A DNA stretch of 21,570 nucleotides from Candidatus Methylomirabilales bacterium. Its GTDB lineage: Bacteria; Methylomirabilota; Methylomirabilia; Methylomirabilales; CSP1-5. Below are positions 7,422 through 18,532 of the stretch, in pieces; the stretch's first letter is position 1, and every line of letters begins with the position of its first letter. The notes beneath the pieces were generated by a model. It was not told where the DNA came from, did not search any database, and saw only the letters and a program-made list of their open reading frames with translations. A program made the position numbers and the translations under genes. Location of the stretch: NCBI GenBank assembly GCA_046758505.1, contig JBHIAH010000044.1, positions 1 to 21,570 of the forward strand, written 5' to 3'.

Positions 7422-9091
7422 ATCTCCACCCCGATGCGCCGGCCCTGCCAGAGGAGTGCCGCCGTGATCAGACCGATCGAGAGGACGAGGAGCAGGGCCG
7501 AGAGGGCGTTCACCTCGGGGGTGACGCCGTACTTCACGAGGGAATAGACCCGGATCGGCAGGGTAGTGGCCCCGGGTCCTGAAACAAAGTAGGCGACCAC
7601 AAAGTCGTCCAGGGACGCGGTGAAGCTCAACAGGCCGCCGACCAAGAGCGCCGGGCGGAGGAGGGGAAGCAGGATGTGCCGCAGGCTCCGCGCCTCGTCC
7701 GCACCGAGATCCATGGCCGCCTCCTCGACATCCCGCCCGACTTGTTGCAGACGGGCCCGGACCGGAAGCGCCACCAGGGGAAGACTAAAGGTGGCATGGG
7801 CCAGGATGATGCTCGTCCGACCGAGGGGGATGCCGACGGTGACAAAGAAGAGGAGGAGGGAGACAGCCAACGTGATCTCCGGAATCACCACGATCAGGAA
7901 CATGGTCGTCAGGATCACCCCCGACCCGCCGGGCCGTCTCACGGCCAGCGCCGCCGCCGTCCCGACCAGCAGGCAGAGGAGGGTCGACACGAGGGCAACC
8001 TCCAGGCTGGTCCACGCCGCCGCAATGATGGCCTGATCCTGCACCAGTCGAGCATACCATTCCAGCGTGAATCCCCGCCAGACGGCGGTAAATCGGGAGG
8101 CGTTGAAGGAATAGAGGATCAAGAGAGCGACCGGGGCGTAGAGGAAAAGAAAGACTCCCCCCGTGATGATGCGCGCAACCCAGTGTACGGGCCCCGACGT
8201 CAGCGTCCAAGGTGGGCGGCTCTCGCCGGTGACGAGCGGCGGACGTCTCCAGTCCCGGCGGGCCCAGGGCCGACAGAACAGCACTCCCACGAGGGTACAG
8301 AAGAGAAGGAGCATCGACAAGGCGGAACCGAACGGCCAATCCCTGACGGTCAAATACTGCTGTTGGATCAGGTTGCCCACCATGAGGTCCCTCGCCCCAC
8401 CCAACAGGTCCGGGATCACGAACGCCGACACCGACGGGATGAAGACCAGGACGGTCCCCACGGCCACGCCCGGGAGGCTCAATGGAAGCCAGAGGCGCCA
8501 GAGGAGCCGGCCCGGCTTGGCGTAGAGGTCCTGGGCCGCCTCAACGGTTGCCGGGTCGATCCGCTCCATCGCGGCGTAGACCGGAAGGACCATAAAGGGG
8601 AGATAGCTATAGACCAGGCCCAGGAGGACCGCCCCGGGCGTGAAGAGGATGGTGAGGGGGGGAAGTCCCAGCGAGGTCAACAGGGGACTGAGGGGCCCTT
8701 CCCGTCCCAGGAGAAACATCCAGGCATAGATCCGGACCAGAAAATTCGTCCAGAAGGGGATCATCAGGAGCAGGAGGGTCAGATAGCGACGCCGCCGGGG
8801 GAGCAGCACGAGGGTGTAGGCGACCGGCACACCGAGGAGAAGGGTGAGGGTGGTGGTCAGGACCGCGATGCCCACCGACCAGACGGCGACCCCCGCATAG
8901 AGGGGCTCCAGCAGTCGGAGGTAGCTCCCACCGCTCAGGATCCAGTCGACCCCCCCATAGGGCCGCCGCGTGGCCAGGCTGTAGACCCCGACCAGGATGA
9001 GGGGGAGGAGGAAGAGGCAACTCACCCACGCGAGCGGGGGGAGGAGAAGTCCCGTCTGCCAGGTCGATTTTTTTTCCCGCCCCCTCTGCAC
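7418..9091 (-). CDS. Fused PotB-PotC polyamine ABC transporter double permease
   Basis: Two BPD_transp_1 domains in one frame: PotB-like (IPFWTNFLVRIYAW, YLPFMVLP, EAAQDLYA) and PotC-like (FLFLYAP..YSFN, EEAAMDLGA, SLDDF, TTLPIRVYS). Start set at GTG 9091 after GGGAG; the ORF-track extension to 9289 overlaps potA. Confidence 0.85.
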   Translation of the reverse strand: MQRGREKKSTWQTGLLLPPLAWVSCLFLLPLILVGVYSLATRRPYGGVDWILSGGSYLRLLEPLYAGVAVWSVGIAVLTTTLTLLLGVPVAYTLVLLPRRRRYLTLLLLMIPFWTNFLVRIYAWMFLLGREGPLSPLLTSLGLPPLTILFTPGAVLLGLVYSYLPFMVLPVYAAMERIDPATVEAAQDLYAKPGRLLWRLWLPLSLPGVAVGTVLVFIPSVSAFVIPDLLGGARDLMVGNLIQQQYLTVRDWPFGSALSMLLLFCTLVGVLFCRPWARRDWRRPPLVTGESRPPWTLTSGPVHWVARIITGGVFLFLYAPVALLILYSFNASRFTAVWRGFTLEWYARLVQDQAIIAAAWTSLEVALVSTLLCLLVGTAAALAVRRPGGSGVILTTMFLIVVIPEITLAVSLLLFFVTVGIPLGRTSIILAHATFSLPLVALPVRARLQQVGRDVEEAAMDLGADEARSLRHILLPLLRPALLVGGLLSFTASLDDFVVAYFVSGPGATTLPIRVYSLVKYGVTPEVNALSALLLVLSIGLITAALLWQGRRIGVEI

Positions 9092-9107
9092 CCGCGGACT
9101 CCCGCCG

Positions 9108-10157
9108 TCACGCAGGCTCGGGGAGGAGGTGGGGGCGAGCCGGGTCCCAGCCGACCCGAACCTCGTCACCGACCTGATGGCCGCTGAGGGGAGATCGCGC
9201 CACGACCTCCACGTCCATCGCGAGACGCACCGTGCAGAGGGTTTCCCCCCCTTGATAGAGGACTCGGATGACCCGACCGGGGAGGCCATGGCCGTCCCTG
9301 GTGAGCTCTACCCACTCCGGGCGGAGGAGGAGGGCGACTTGCGTCCCCACCGGAGCCGCCGACCCGGGGACGCGCTGGGCCAGACCACCGTCCACCACCA
9401 CGTCCACGAACCCCTCCCCGGCAGCGTGGACCCGGCCCGGAAGGAAGCTCGCGCGCCCGACGAATTCGGCGACGAACCGGGTCCGGGGCCGTTCGTAGAC
9501 CTCCCGCGGAGGCCCCACCTGCAGGATCCGCCCACGGTCCATCACCGCCACCCGATCGGAGAGGGCCAGCGCCTCTTGCTGATCGTGGGTGACGTACAGG
9601 AAGGTAATACCGATCTGGTGCTGCAGACTTTTGAGTTCCGCCTGCATCTGCTGCCGGAGCTTCACATCCAGAGAGCCCAAGGGCTCGTCGAGCAGGAGCA
9701 GTTCCGGACGGTTCACCAACGCCCGCGCCAGGGCCACCCGTTGCTGCTCGCCCCCGGAGAGCTGGTGCGGCTGCCGAGCCGCGGCGGCACCCATCTCGAC
9801 CATCGTGAGCGCGTCCTCGGCCCGACGGCGGATCTCCGGCTGGGGCAGGCGCTGCATGCGGAGGCCGAACGCCACATTCTCGAAGACGGTGAGATGCGGA
9901 AACAGGGCGTACTGCTGAAAGACGGTATTGACCGGTCGGCGATAGGGGGGCGTTGTCCCGAGAACCTCTCCTTTGAGGAAAATCTCTCCGGCGTCCGGCA
10001 GCTCAAAGCCGGCGATCAGGCGGAGGATGGTACTCTTACCCGAGCCGCTCGGCCCCAGCAGGGTAAAGAATTCCCCCTGCGCCACCCCAAAAGAACCGTC
10101 CTGAACCGCCGGCACCCGGCCGTAGGATTTCCGAACCCCTCTCAGCTCCAGGTGCAT
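9108..10157 (-). CDS. potA: Polyamine ABC transporter ATP-binding subunit
   Basis: Walker A GPSGSGKST, PPYRRPVNTVFQQYALFPHL, LSGGEQQR signature, LLLLDEP, YVTHDQ, C-terminal TOBE-like region. Confidence 0.9.
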   Translation of the reverse strand: MHLELRGVRKSYGRVPAVQDGSFGVAQGEFFTLLGPSGSGKSTILRLIAGFELPDAGEIFLKGEVLGTTPPYRRPVNTVFQQYALFPHLTVFENVAFGLRMQRLPQPEIRRRAEDALTMVEMGAAAARQPHQLSGGEQQRVALARALVNRPELLLLDEPLGSLDVKLRQQMQAELKSLQHQIGITFLYVTHDQQEALALSDRVAVMDRGRILQVGPPREVYERPRTRFVAEFVGRASFLPGRVHAAGEGFVDVVVDGGLAQRVPGSAAPVGTQVALLLRPEWVELTRDGHGLPGRVIRVLYQGGETLCTVRLAMDVEVVARSPLSGHQVGDEVRVGWDPARPHLLPEPA

Positions 10158-10166
10158 GCCTCGCCC

Positions 10167-10508
10167 TCACGACCCCTCTTTCCCCTTCTTGTCCCCCTCC
10201 CAGCCGAGCCGAGAGGCGACAGAGGCGCGGGAGACGTCAATCTTGACGTTCTCGGCGATCTTGAGCTTCACCTTGCTCTCATCGAGACTCACGACGGTCC
10301 CGTAGATTCCGCCCGTGGTCACGATCTGATCCCCGGTCTTGAGCGCCGTCAGCATTTCCTGGTGCTGCCGCTGCTTCTTCTGCTGCGGGCGAATCAGGAT
10401 AAAGTAAAAGATGGCGAACATGAGCAGCAGCGGAATCAACATTGAAAAGCTCCCCGCCCCACCGCCGCCGCCCGGCGACTGTCCTCCCGCGTAGGCCAGC
10501 TCGATCAT
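10167..10508 (-). CDS. yajC: Preprotein translocase subunit YajC
   Basis: FAIFYFILIRPQQKK, LKTGDQIVTTGGIYG; position directly after tgt. Confidence 0.95.
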   Translation of the reverse strand: MIELAYAGGQSPGGGGGAGSFSMLIPLLLMFAIFYFILIRPQQKKQRQHQEMLTALKTGDQIVTTGGIYGTVVSLDESKVKLKIAENVKIDVSRASVASRLGWEGDKKGKEGS

Positions 10509-10538
10509 CGGTCTTGTCTCCTTTTCCCTGATCCCCGG

Positions 10539-12325
<1,787 letters not shown>

Positions 12326-12329
12326 CCCC

Positions 12330-13379
12330 TCACAGAATCACCATGGCGTCGCCGTAGCTATAAAACCGGTAGCGCTCGCGCATCGCTTCCGCGTACGCCT
12401 TCAGGATCAGGGCCCGGCCCGCAAAGGCAGACACGAGAATGAGCAACGGAGAGCGGGGCAAGTGAAAGTTGGTCACGAGACCGTCCACCACGCGAAACGG
12501 GTGACCCGGCGTGATGAAGAGCGAGGCCATCCCCTGCCCGGCCCGCACCCCTTCCCCGGGGAGCGCGGCGTCCTCCAGGGCCCTGGTCGTCGTGGTCCCG
12601 ACCGCCACCACCCGCCGGCCTTCGGCCTTCGCCCGCTTCACCGCGGCCGCGGTCCGCTCGGGAATGAGGTACCGCTCTGTCGCCATCCGGTGCTCCGCGA
12701 CCCGCTCGACGGTGACCGGCGTGAACGTCCCCACCCCCACGTGCAGCGTGAGAAAGGCGATCTCGACCCCGCCCTGCTCAAGCGTGCTCAGCAGGGCCTC
12801 GGTAAAATGCAGCCCGGCTGTGGGGGCTGCGATGGCCCCCGCCGCCCTCGCATACACGGTTTGATAGCGCTCGACATCGATGGCGTCGTCCGGCGTGGGC
12901 CCTGTGCCGCTCGCCCTGCGCTTGACGTACGCCGGGAGCGGCATCACGCCGATGCGAGGGAGCAGCGTGCGGATGTCCTCCGGCCCGTCAAACTGGAGCA
13001 GCCGCCTCCCTCCACCATCCCGATCCACCACGAGAGCGCCCACGGCCTCTTCAAACGTCAGCCGTCGGCCCACACACAGCCGCTTGCCCGGCTTCCCCAG
13101 CACCCACCAGCGATTCCGCGCCTCCTCCTCGACGAGGAGAACCTCAATCGTCCCTCCCCCGTCGCGCCGTCCGTGCAGCCGGGCCGGGACCACCCGGGTA
13201 TCGTTGAGCACGAGGAGGTCCCCCGGCCGGAGCCACGCGCCCAGATCGCAAAATCGCCGGTGGCGGAATCCCCCGTCCTCCCGGCAGACCACCAGCAGGC
13301 GAGCGGCCTCCCGCTCGGGGCACGGGTACTGGGCAATCAGTCCCTCCGGCAGGTGATAATCAAAATCAGAAAGGAACAT
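12330..13379 (-). CDS. queA: S-adenosylmethionine:tRNA ribosyltransferase-isomerase
   Basis: DFDYHLP..LIAQ, LVLNDTRVVPARL, YQTVYA..GAIAAPTAGLHFT, LHVGVGTF, VGTTTTRALE, TNFHLPRS, YRFYSYGDAM. Confidence 0.97.
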   Translation of the reverse strand: MFLSDFDYHLPEGLIAQYPCPEREAARLLVVCREDGGFRHRRFCDLGAWLRPGDLLVLNDTRVVPARLHGRRDGGGTIEVLLVEEEARNRWWVLGKPGKRLCVGRRLTFEEAVGALVVDRDGGGRRLLQFDGPEDIRTLLPRIGVMPLPAYVKRRASGTGPTPDDAIDVERYQTVYARAAGAIAAPTAGLHFTEALLSTLEQGGVEIAFLTLHVGVGTFTPVTVERVAEHRMATERYLIPERTAAAVKRAKAEGRRVVAVGTTTTRALEDAALPGEGVRAGQGMASLFITPGHPFRVVDGLVTNFHLPRSPLLILVSAFAGRALILKAYAEAMRERYRFYSYGDAMVIL

Positions 13380-13389
13380 CGGAAGACTC

Positions 13390-13541
13390 GTTCAGGGTTC
13401 AGAGTTCACCGTTCACAAAAATTCGAATTTCGCAATTGCAACTACCTGCGATCGGCGGTCATCGATTGAGTTCAGGGGGCACGGGCGACGGGATTTCTTG
13501 CCGCCGCATCTGCTGTGAACCGTGAACCGGGAACCGTGAAC
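13390..13541. repeat. Pair of inverted 4x7-bp heptamer arrays enclosing a 96-bp core
   Basis: Left 13390-13417: GTTCAGG GTTCAGA GTTCACC GTTCACA. Right 13514-13541: TGTGAAC CGTGAAC CGGGAAC CGTGAAC. Confidence 0.85.
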
Positions 13542-14634
13542 GCTGCGACGGAAGGCGCATAACCGTTGCCAGGGGGAAATAATGTTTCAGGATACGGCTG
13601 TAGTCATACGCAAGATCCGCCATCCCTTTGGCTCCCCACTGGCTCAACCCTACCCCGTGCCCCCACCCCTGACCGATAAAGACGATCTCGCCGTCGCGGG
13701 GGTAGATGCTGAACAGGGTGCTCCGGAGCCGGTCCGGGCCCAGGAGCTGCCGGAACTGCTTTCCGTCGACGTCGAGCACGCCTGCGCCATCCCAGATTCG
13801 GAGCCGACTGACCCGACCCGACCGCGTCCGCCGGACGACCTCGACCCGCTGGATCTCGCCCAAACGCCAGCCGAACCGTTCGAGGGCCTGCCGGATCTCG
13901 GCACGCGGGATCGCCACCTCCCATTGATGAACGGGCGCGATGGCCGAAAAGGGGTCCTTCACGCCAACGATGAACGGGTACTTCTTCTCCCAGACTTCCA
14001 CCGCATCCTCGGTCCGCCCCCCCGAGGCGGCGTGGTAAAAGGCCGGAATGACGCGGCCCCGGTAGGTCAACACCTCGCCCCGGGTCGCCCACACCGCCAC
14101 GTCACACCGGGGATCCTCACCGCTCACCCCGCGGTAGACCTGCGAGGCGGTCGTGGCCTGGAGATGATACAGCGCCTTGGGATCCCCGAGGCGTTCATAC
14201 AACGCAAAGGTCCGGGCCACCACCGCCTGGGTCTTCAGCGCCTCGACGGGCCACTCGGGATTGGCCTCGACCTTCATCACCCCGCGAACGTAATCTTCGA
14301 GGGACACCTGGTTGATGATTTGAAGACCCCCTGACGTATTCCAGACCTCCACACTCCCCCGATAGGGCCGCCCGTTGATCCAGAACAGACCCGAATCCGG
14401 CCGCAACCGGAAGGTGGTCCCGGGCTTTCCCTCCCACGCGACGCGCACCTCTTTCCCCGGGGGGAGGACCTGCACCGTGTGGCGATCGAGTTCCTCGAGC
14501 CGGGTCGGTCCCGCGCCCATCAGGTGAATGGAAGAGGCTCCCTCCTTGACGAGGACGCGCACCGGCCACTCCTCGCCCCAGGCGAGCCCGGGGATACACA
14601 GGAGGAGGATGCCACTGATCAACCATTTGCCCAT
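13459..14634 (-). CDS. SpoIID/LytB-domain protein (lytic transglycosylase-like), exported
   Basis: Signal peptide; YRGSV, INQVSLEDYVRGV..E, EALKTQAVVARTFA, SQVYRG, FYHAASGGRTE, LRSTLF, GWGHGVGLSQWGA, ILKHYFP. Start ATG 14634 after GGGAGA (alternative GTG 14652). The tail is repeat-derived. Confidence 0.9.
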   Translation of the reverse strand: MGKWLISGILLLCIPGLAWGEEWPVRVLVKEGASSIHLMGAGPTRLEELDRHTVQVLPPGKEVRVAWEGKPGTTFRLRPDSGLFWINGRPYRGSVEVWNTSGGLQIINQVSLEDYVRGVMKVEANPEWPVEALKTQAVVARTFALYERLGDPKALYHLQATTASQVYRGVSGEDPRCDVAVWATRGEVLTYRGRVIPAFYHAASGGRTEDAVEVWEKKYPFIVGVKDPFSAIAPVHQWEVAIPRAEIRQALERFGWRLGEIQRVEVVRRTRSGRVSRLRIWDGAGVLDVDGKQFRQLLGPDRLRSTLFSIYPRDGEIVFIGQGWGHGVGLSQWGAKGMADLAYDYSRILKHYFPLATVMRLPSQRSRFPVHGSQQMRRQEIPSPVPPELNR

Positions 14635-14648
14635 CAATGGTCTCCCGT

Positions 14649-14873
14649 TCACCGGCGACCGAAGAGGGAAAAAAGGAGGGTGAGCACGAGACTGATCAGG
14701 ATGGAGGTGGCCAGCGGAAAGTAGAAGGTCACGTTCCCTGTGCGGATAGAGAAATCACCCGGCAGCCGCCCGACGAACGGGATCTTTCCCACCACGAGGA
14801 GGAGGCCCCCGAGGAGGGCCAGGATAATGCCGAAGAGGATCAGGAGTTTGGCCAATCCCTCAACGCCGAACAT
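14649..14873 (-). CDS. DUF2905 small membrane protein
   Basis: GRLPGDF..FYFPLATSILISLVLTL motif; the usual position between ruvB and spoIID/queA. Confidence 0.9.
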   Translation of the reverse strand: MFGVEGLAKLLILFGIILALLGGLLLVVGKIPFVGRLPGDFSIRTGNVTFYFPLATSILISLVLTLLFSLFGRR

Positions 14874-14921
14874 GGTCGTCGCCCGCTGCATGCCTCGCTC
14901 ACCGCTCGCCCACCTCGGCCG

Positions 14922-14951
14922 AGTATACCACCCTCCGCCGGCATCTGTCAG
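14922..14951 (-). promoter_or_regulatory. Internal sigma-70-type promoter candidate for DUF2905-spoIID-queA-tgt-yajC-pot
   Basis: Minus strand CTGACA-N18-TATACT with extended TGn, in the ruvB-DUF2905 gap. Confidence 0.5.
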
Positions 14952-14979
14952 CCCGCCGCGCGGTCCCGGCCTTTCCCCT

Positions 14980-15999
14980 CTACCACAGATCGCCCTGCGG
15001 GCGGGCCCGCGGGGTGAGGCCGAAGTGATCGAAGGCCAACCGGGTGGCGGTCCGGCCCCGGGGCGTTCGGGCCAAAAATCCCACCTGGATCAGAAACGGC
15101 TCGTAAATGTCCTCGAGGGTATCCTTCTCTTCGCCGACGGCCATGGCCAGGGTCTCGACGCCCACCGGGCCCCCATCGAACTTTTCGATGAGCGCCTGCA
15201 GAATCCGCCGGTCCATGTCATCCAGTCCCCGCTCGTCCACCTCCAACCGCTCGAGGGCCATCTGCGCCAGCTCCTCGGTGATCACCCCATCGCCCACCAC
15301 CTGGGCAAAGTCCCGGACCCGCCGGAGCAGCCGATTGGCCACCCGCGGCGTCCCGCGCGACCGGCCGGCCAGCTCCGCCGCGCCCTCCGCCCTGATCTCG
15401 ACCCCCAGAATCCGCGCGGACCGGAGGATGATGCGGGTGATCTCCTCATCGGTATAGTAGTCGAGCCGGTGCACCACGCCAAACCGATTGCGCAGAGGCG
15501 CGGTCAGGAGGCCGGCCCGCGTGGTGGCCCCGACCAACGTGAAGCGGGGCAGATCCAGCTTGATGGTCCGGGCATGGGGGCCCTGGCCGATGACCAGGTC
15601 CAACTGATACTCCTCCATGGCGGGATACAAGATCTCCTCCACCACCCGGTTCATCCGGTGAATCTCATCGATGAAGAGGACATCCCGGTCTTCGAGATTG
15701 GTCAGAATGGCCGCCACATCCCCGGGTCGCTCCATCACCGGGCCCGAGGTGGCGCGGACACTCGCCTGGAGCTCCGTCGCGATGAGATAGGCCAGCGTGG
15801 TCTTGCCGAGGCCCGGGGGGCCGTGGAAAAGGACATGATCAAGCGGCTCGCGCCTCGCCCGGGCCGCCTCGATGAAGACGCGGAGGTTCTCCTTGACCTT
15901 TTCCTGCCCGACGTATTCCTCCCAGATCTTTGGCCGGAGGGTCGGCTCCCACTGCTGATCATCCTCGAGCGGGCGCCGGCTCACAATGCGCTCGGTCAT
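14980..15999 (-). CDS. ruvB: Holliday junction branch migration helicase RuvB
   Basis: [63 protein letters not shown]...RTPRGR. Confidence 0.98.
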   Translation of the reverse strand: MTERIVSRRPLEDDQQWEPTLRPKIWEEYVGQEKVKENLRVFIEAARARREPLDHVLFHGPPGLGKTTLAYLIATELQASVRATSGPVMERPGDVAAILTNLEDRDVLFIDEIHRMNRVVEEILYPAMEEYQLDLVIGQGPHARTIKLDLPRFTLVGATTRAGLLTAPLRNRFGVVHRLDYYTDEEITRIILRSARILGVEIRAEGAAELAGRSRGTPRVANRLLRRVRDFAQVVGDGVITEELAQMALERLEVDERGLDDMDRRILQALIEKFDGGPVGVETLAMAVGEEKDTLEDIYEPFLIQVGFLARTPRGRTATRLAFDHFGLTPRARPQGDLW

Positions 16000-16002
16000 C
16001 GC

Positions 16003-16620
16003 CTATCCCCTGGCCTGCTCGGCCAACAGCCGCAGGGCCTGCTTGACCACCGCCTCGAAATCCTGATCTCCATCGAGCGCGCGGACGGCGCCGGCGGCCG
16101 CCCTGGAGGCCGCGGCGCGGCTGTAGCCCAGATTCAGCAGGGCAGAGACCACATCCTGCAGGACCTCCTCGCCCCGGTCCCGTCCGGGGGCTGCGGCTGC
16201 CTCAGCCGGTTCGAGAAGCGACCAGACCTTCTCCTTGAGTTCCAGAATGATCCGCTCCGCCGTCTTGCGCCCTACCCCCGGAACGGCGCTGAGGCGCACC
16301 AGATCCCCGCGCCCGACGGCGGGGATGAGCTCTTCCGCCGTGATCCCGGAGAGGATGTTGATGGCCAGGCGAGGCCCAATCCCCGTGACCCCCCGGAGCA
16401 GGTCGAAGAGGGCCCGCTCGCGTTCGGTGAGGAACCCGTAGAGGTGCAGGGCGTCGTCCCGCAGGTGGGTCGCCGTGTAGAGGAGGGTCTCGGTCCCCTC
16501 TTCCGGAAGCCGGTAGAAGCTGGAGAGGGGAATGAAGACGCGATACCCCACCCCGCTCACGTCCACGATGACCTGGGTGGAGTCCCGCTTGATCAACCGC
16601 CCCCTGAGTTGCCCGATCAC
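16003..16620 (-). CDS. ruvA: Holliday junction branch migration protein RuvA
   Basis: IGQLRG, VSGVGY, LYGF, HhH motifs VTGIGPRLA and VPGVGRKTAERI, ALLNLGY. Confidence 0.98.
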   Translation of the reverse strand: MIGQLRGRLIKRDSTQVIVDVSGVGYRVFIPLSSFYRLPEEGTETLLYTATHLRDDALHLYGFLTERERALFDLLRGVTGIGPRLAINILSGITAEELIPAVGRGDLVRLSAVPGVGRKTAERIILELKEKVWSLLEPAEAAAAPGRDRGEEVLQDVVSALLNLGYSRAAASRAAAGAVRALDGDQDFEAVVKQALRLLAEQARG

Positions 16621-16629
16621 CGTCGCCCT

Positions 16630-17085
16630 CTAGTAAAAGGGGAGGATGAGGGTGAGATCGACACGCCAGCCGTCCGCCTCCCGAGTCATCGGGTAGCTCC
16701 GGACACCCGGGGCGCACTGAAAACGGGGGACGCCGCGACCCGAAAATTCCAGACCGACCTCCCCCGTCACGACGACGAGCCTCGGCGACTGATAGTCCGC
16801 CGACTGCAGCGCAAAGGTGGTGTGACAGCACGTCGTCCGGCAGCCCAGGCCCAGCATCCGGCCGATGAACTCGTCCCGGGTGAAGAGGCGCTTGGTCGTC
16901 GCCGTCCCCCGGTCATAGATGGCGCCATAGTCCTCCGCATGCCACAGGTTCAAGATCTCCACGAGGGCCGCGGTGGCCCCCGCCTTGGCCCGCGCGACCT
17001 CCCCGGGATCCGCCGCCCCCAAGAGCGCCGGCAGGAGGAGCACGAGGCTACACCCTCGCCATCCGCCGTTGCAGACCGATCCCAT
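16630..17085 (-). CDS. Hypothetical exported protein, possibly NTF2-like fold
   Basis: Fills the ruvC-ruvA gap. Hydrophobic signal-like LVLLLPALLGAA; W..EDYGAIYD helix pattern; C-terminal TREADGWRVD; four Cys in the mature part. Start uncertain; ATG 17085 overlaps the ruvC end by 38 bp. Confidence 0.65.
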   Translation of the reverse strand: MGSVCNGGWRGCSLVLLLPALLGAADPGEVARAKAGATAALVEILNLWHAEDYGAIYDRGTATTKRLFTRDEFIGRMLGLGCRTTCCHTTFALQSADYQSPRLVVVTGEVGLEFSGRGVPRFQCAPGVRSYPMTREADGWRVDLTLILPFY

Positions 17086-17566
17086 GAATATGACAGATGG
17101 CCAGCGCCAGCGCATCCGTGGCATCGGTGGCCGGGAGTCCCGACGAGAGGCTGAGGAGAGAGCCCACCATCCGTTGGACCTGCGCCTTCGACGCACGCCC
17201 AAAGCCGGTCACCGCACTCTTGACTTCCAACGGGCTATACTCAAAGACGTCAAGGCCCGCCTCGACCGCGGCCACCAGGGCCGCCCCCCTGGCTTGCCCG
17301 AGCTGCAGTGCGGTCCGGACATTCTTGGCGAAAAAAAGCCCCTCCAGGACCGCACATCCGGGCCGATGCTGCCCGATGACCGCCTGGAGGGTCTGGTGAA
17401 TGACCTGGAGTCTCCGGGAAAAGGCCTGACGGGGGGAGGTGGCGATCACGCCGTGGGCGACGGAGATCAGGGACCGGTCTCGCACCTCCACCACGCCATA
17501 GCCGGTGGCGGCCGTCCCGGGGTCGATCCCCAGCACCCGGAGCCCGTTGGTCGCCCCTCGCTCCAT
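17048..17566 (-). CDS. ruvC: Crossover junction endodeoxyribonuclease RuvC
   Basis: VLGIDPG..TGYG, LEGLFF, LGQARG, EYSPLEVK, GRASKAQV, DATDALALAICH. Confidence 0.97.
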   Translation of the reverse strand: MERGATNGLRVLGIDPGTAATGYGVVEVRDRSLISVAHGVIATSPRQAFSRRLQVIHQTLQAVIGQHRPGCAVLEGLFFAKNVRTALQLGQARGAALVAAVEAGLDVFEYSPLEVKSAVTGFGRASKAQVQRMVGSLLSLSSGLPATDATDALALAICHIHGIGLQRRMARV

Positions 17567-17570
17567 GTCC

Positions 17571-18320
17571 CTAGGCTGTCAGGGCCGCCATGATCTCGTC
17601 GGGGATATCAAAGTTGGCATAGACATGCTGCACGTCGTCGTGCTCCTCCAGTCCGTCCATCAGACGGAGCACCTGCTCTGCCACCTTCCCCTCGAGGCGA
17701 ACGGTGGACTGCGGGACGAGCGTGACTTCGGCGCCTTCGATGGGGACGGACGCCTGCTCCAACGCCGCCTTGACCCCCTCGAAGGCCTTGGGGTCGGTCA
17801 CGATCTCGAAGGTCTGCTCGCCGGTGCGCACGTCCTCTGCGCCGGCCTCGAGGGCCACCGCCAAAAGCTGCTCCTCATCCACCCCGGTCGCCGGGACCTG
17901 GATCAGCCCCTTCTTGTGAAACATCCAGCCGACACACCCCGACTCGCCCAGGCTCCCACCGAGGCGAGAGAAGATTTTTCGGATCTCGGCGGTCGTCCGA
18001 TTCCGGTTGTCGGTGACCGCCTCGACAAGAACCGCCACCCCGTGGGGACCGTAGCCTTCGTACACGCACTCTTCGTACGTGACCCCTTCCAGCTCCCCGG
18101 TCCCCTTCTTGATGGCCCGGGTGATGTTGTCCTGGGGCATGTTGGCGGCCTTGGCCTTGTCGACGGCGTCGCGGAGGCGCGGGTTGCCCACCGGATCCCC
18201 CCCGCCAAGACGGGCTGCGACCGTGATCTCCCGGATCACCTTGGTAAAGACCCGCCCCCGCTGGGCATCGACCTTCGCCTTCTTGTGTTTGATGCCGGCC
18301 CACTTCGAATGTCCGGACAT
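17571..18320 (-). CDS. yebC: YebC/PmpR family protein
   Basis: Canonical start MSGHSKW..IKHKK at ATG 18320; [29 protein letters not shown]. The ORF-track extension to 18533 is not credible. Confidence 0.96.
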   Translation of the reverse strand: MSGHSKWAGIKHKKAKVDAQRGRVFTKVIREITVAARLGGGDPVGNPRLRDAVDKAKAANMPQDNITRAIKKGTGELEGVTYEECVYEGYGPHGVAVLVEAVTDNRNRTTAEIRKIFSRLGGSLGESGCVGWMFHKKGLIQVPATGVDEEQLLAVALEAGAEDVRTGEQTFEIVTDPKAFEGVKAALEQASVPIEGAEVTLVPQSTVRLEGKVAEQVLRLMDGLEEHDDVQHVYANFDIPDEIMAALTA

Positions 18321-18341
18321 TCCTCTGCCTCCTCGCCTGGA

Positions 18342-18370
18342 AAGGTACAGAAAAGGCCCGCCGCTGTAAA
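18342..18370 (-). promoter_or_regulatory. Sigma-70-type promoter candidate for the yebC-ruv operon
   Basis: Minus strand TTTACA-N17-TACCTT, with the -10 about 21 bp before the yebC ATG. Confidence 0.5.
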
Positions 18371-18392
18371 GGGAATTCTCCGTGAAATCCGC

Positions 18393-18421
18393 TTGACAAG
18401 CCTCAGGAGCGGTGGTAAGTA
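18393..18421 (+). promoter_or_regulatory. Sigma-70-type promoter candidate for aroF
   Basis: Perfect TTGACA, 17-bp spacer ending TGG, imperfect -10 TAAGTA. Confidence 0.5.
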
Positions 18422-18488
18422 CCCTAGCACATCCGTCCCGACCCTTCAAGGAAGCCAGCGGTGGATGCGAGGCATTCCTTTCCTGCTC

Positions 18489-18521
18489 AAGGCCACGGGT
18501 GATCCCGTGGCTTTTTCCTTT
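18489..18521 (+). terminator. Intrinsic terminator-like hairpin in the aroF leader (attenuator candidate)
   Basis: GCCACGGG-tgat-CCCGTGGC followed by TTTTTCCTTT, immediately before SD GGAGG. Confidence 0.75.
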
Positions 18522-18532
18522 GGAGGATGGCA

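Noticed and set aside
14740..17154. 804-aa plus-strand ORF, and similar long ORFs at 1477-3096, 3181-4932, 7676-9187, 8997-10445, 12312-13469 and 17505-18536
   Set aside because: Antisense shadows of well-supported genes in high-GC DNA; no recognisable motifs.
18428..18521. T-box riboswitch before aroF
   Set aside because: No UGGNACC T-box sequence, and the leader is too short for stem I.
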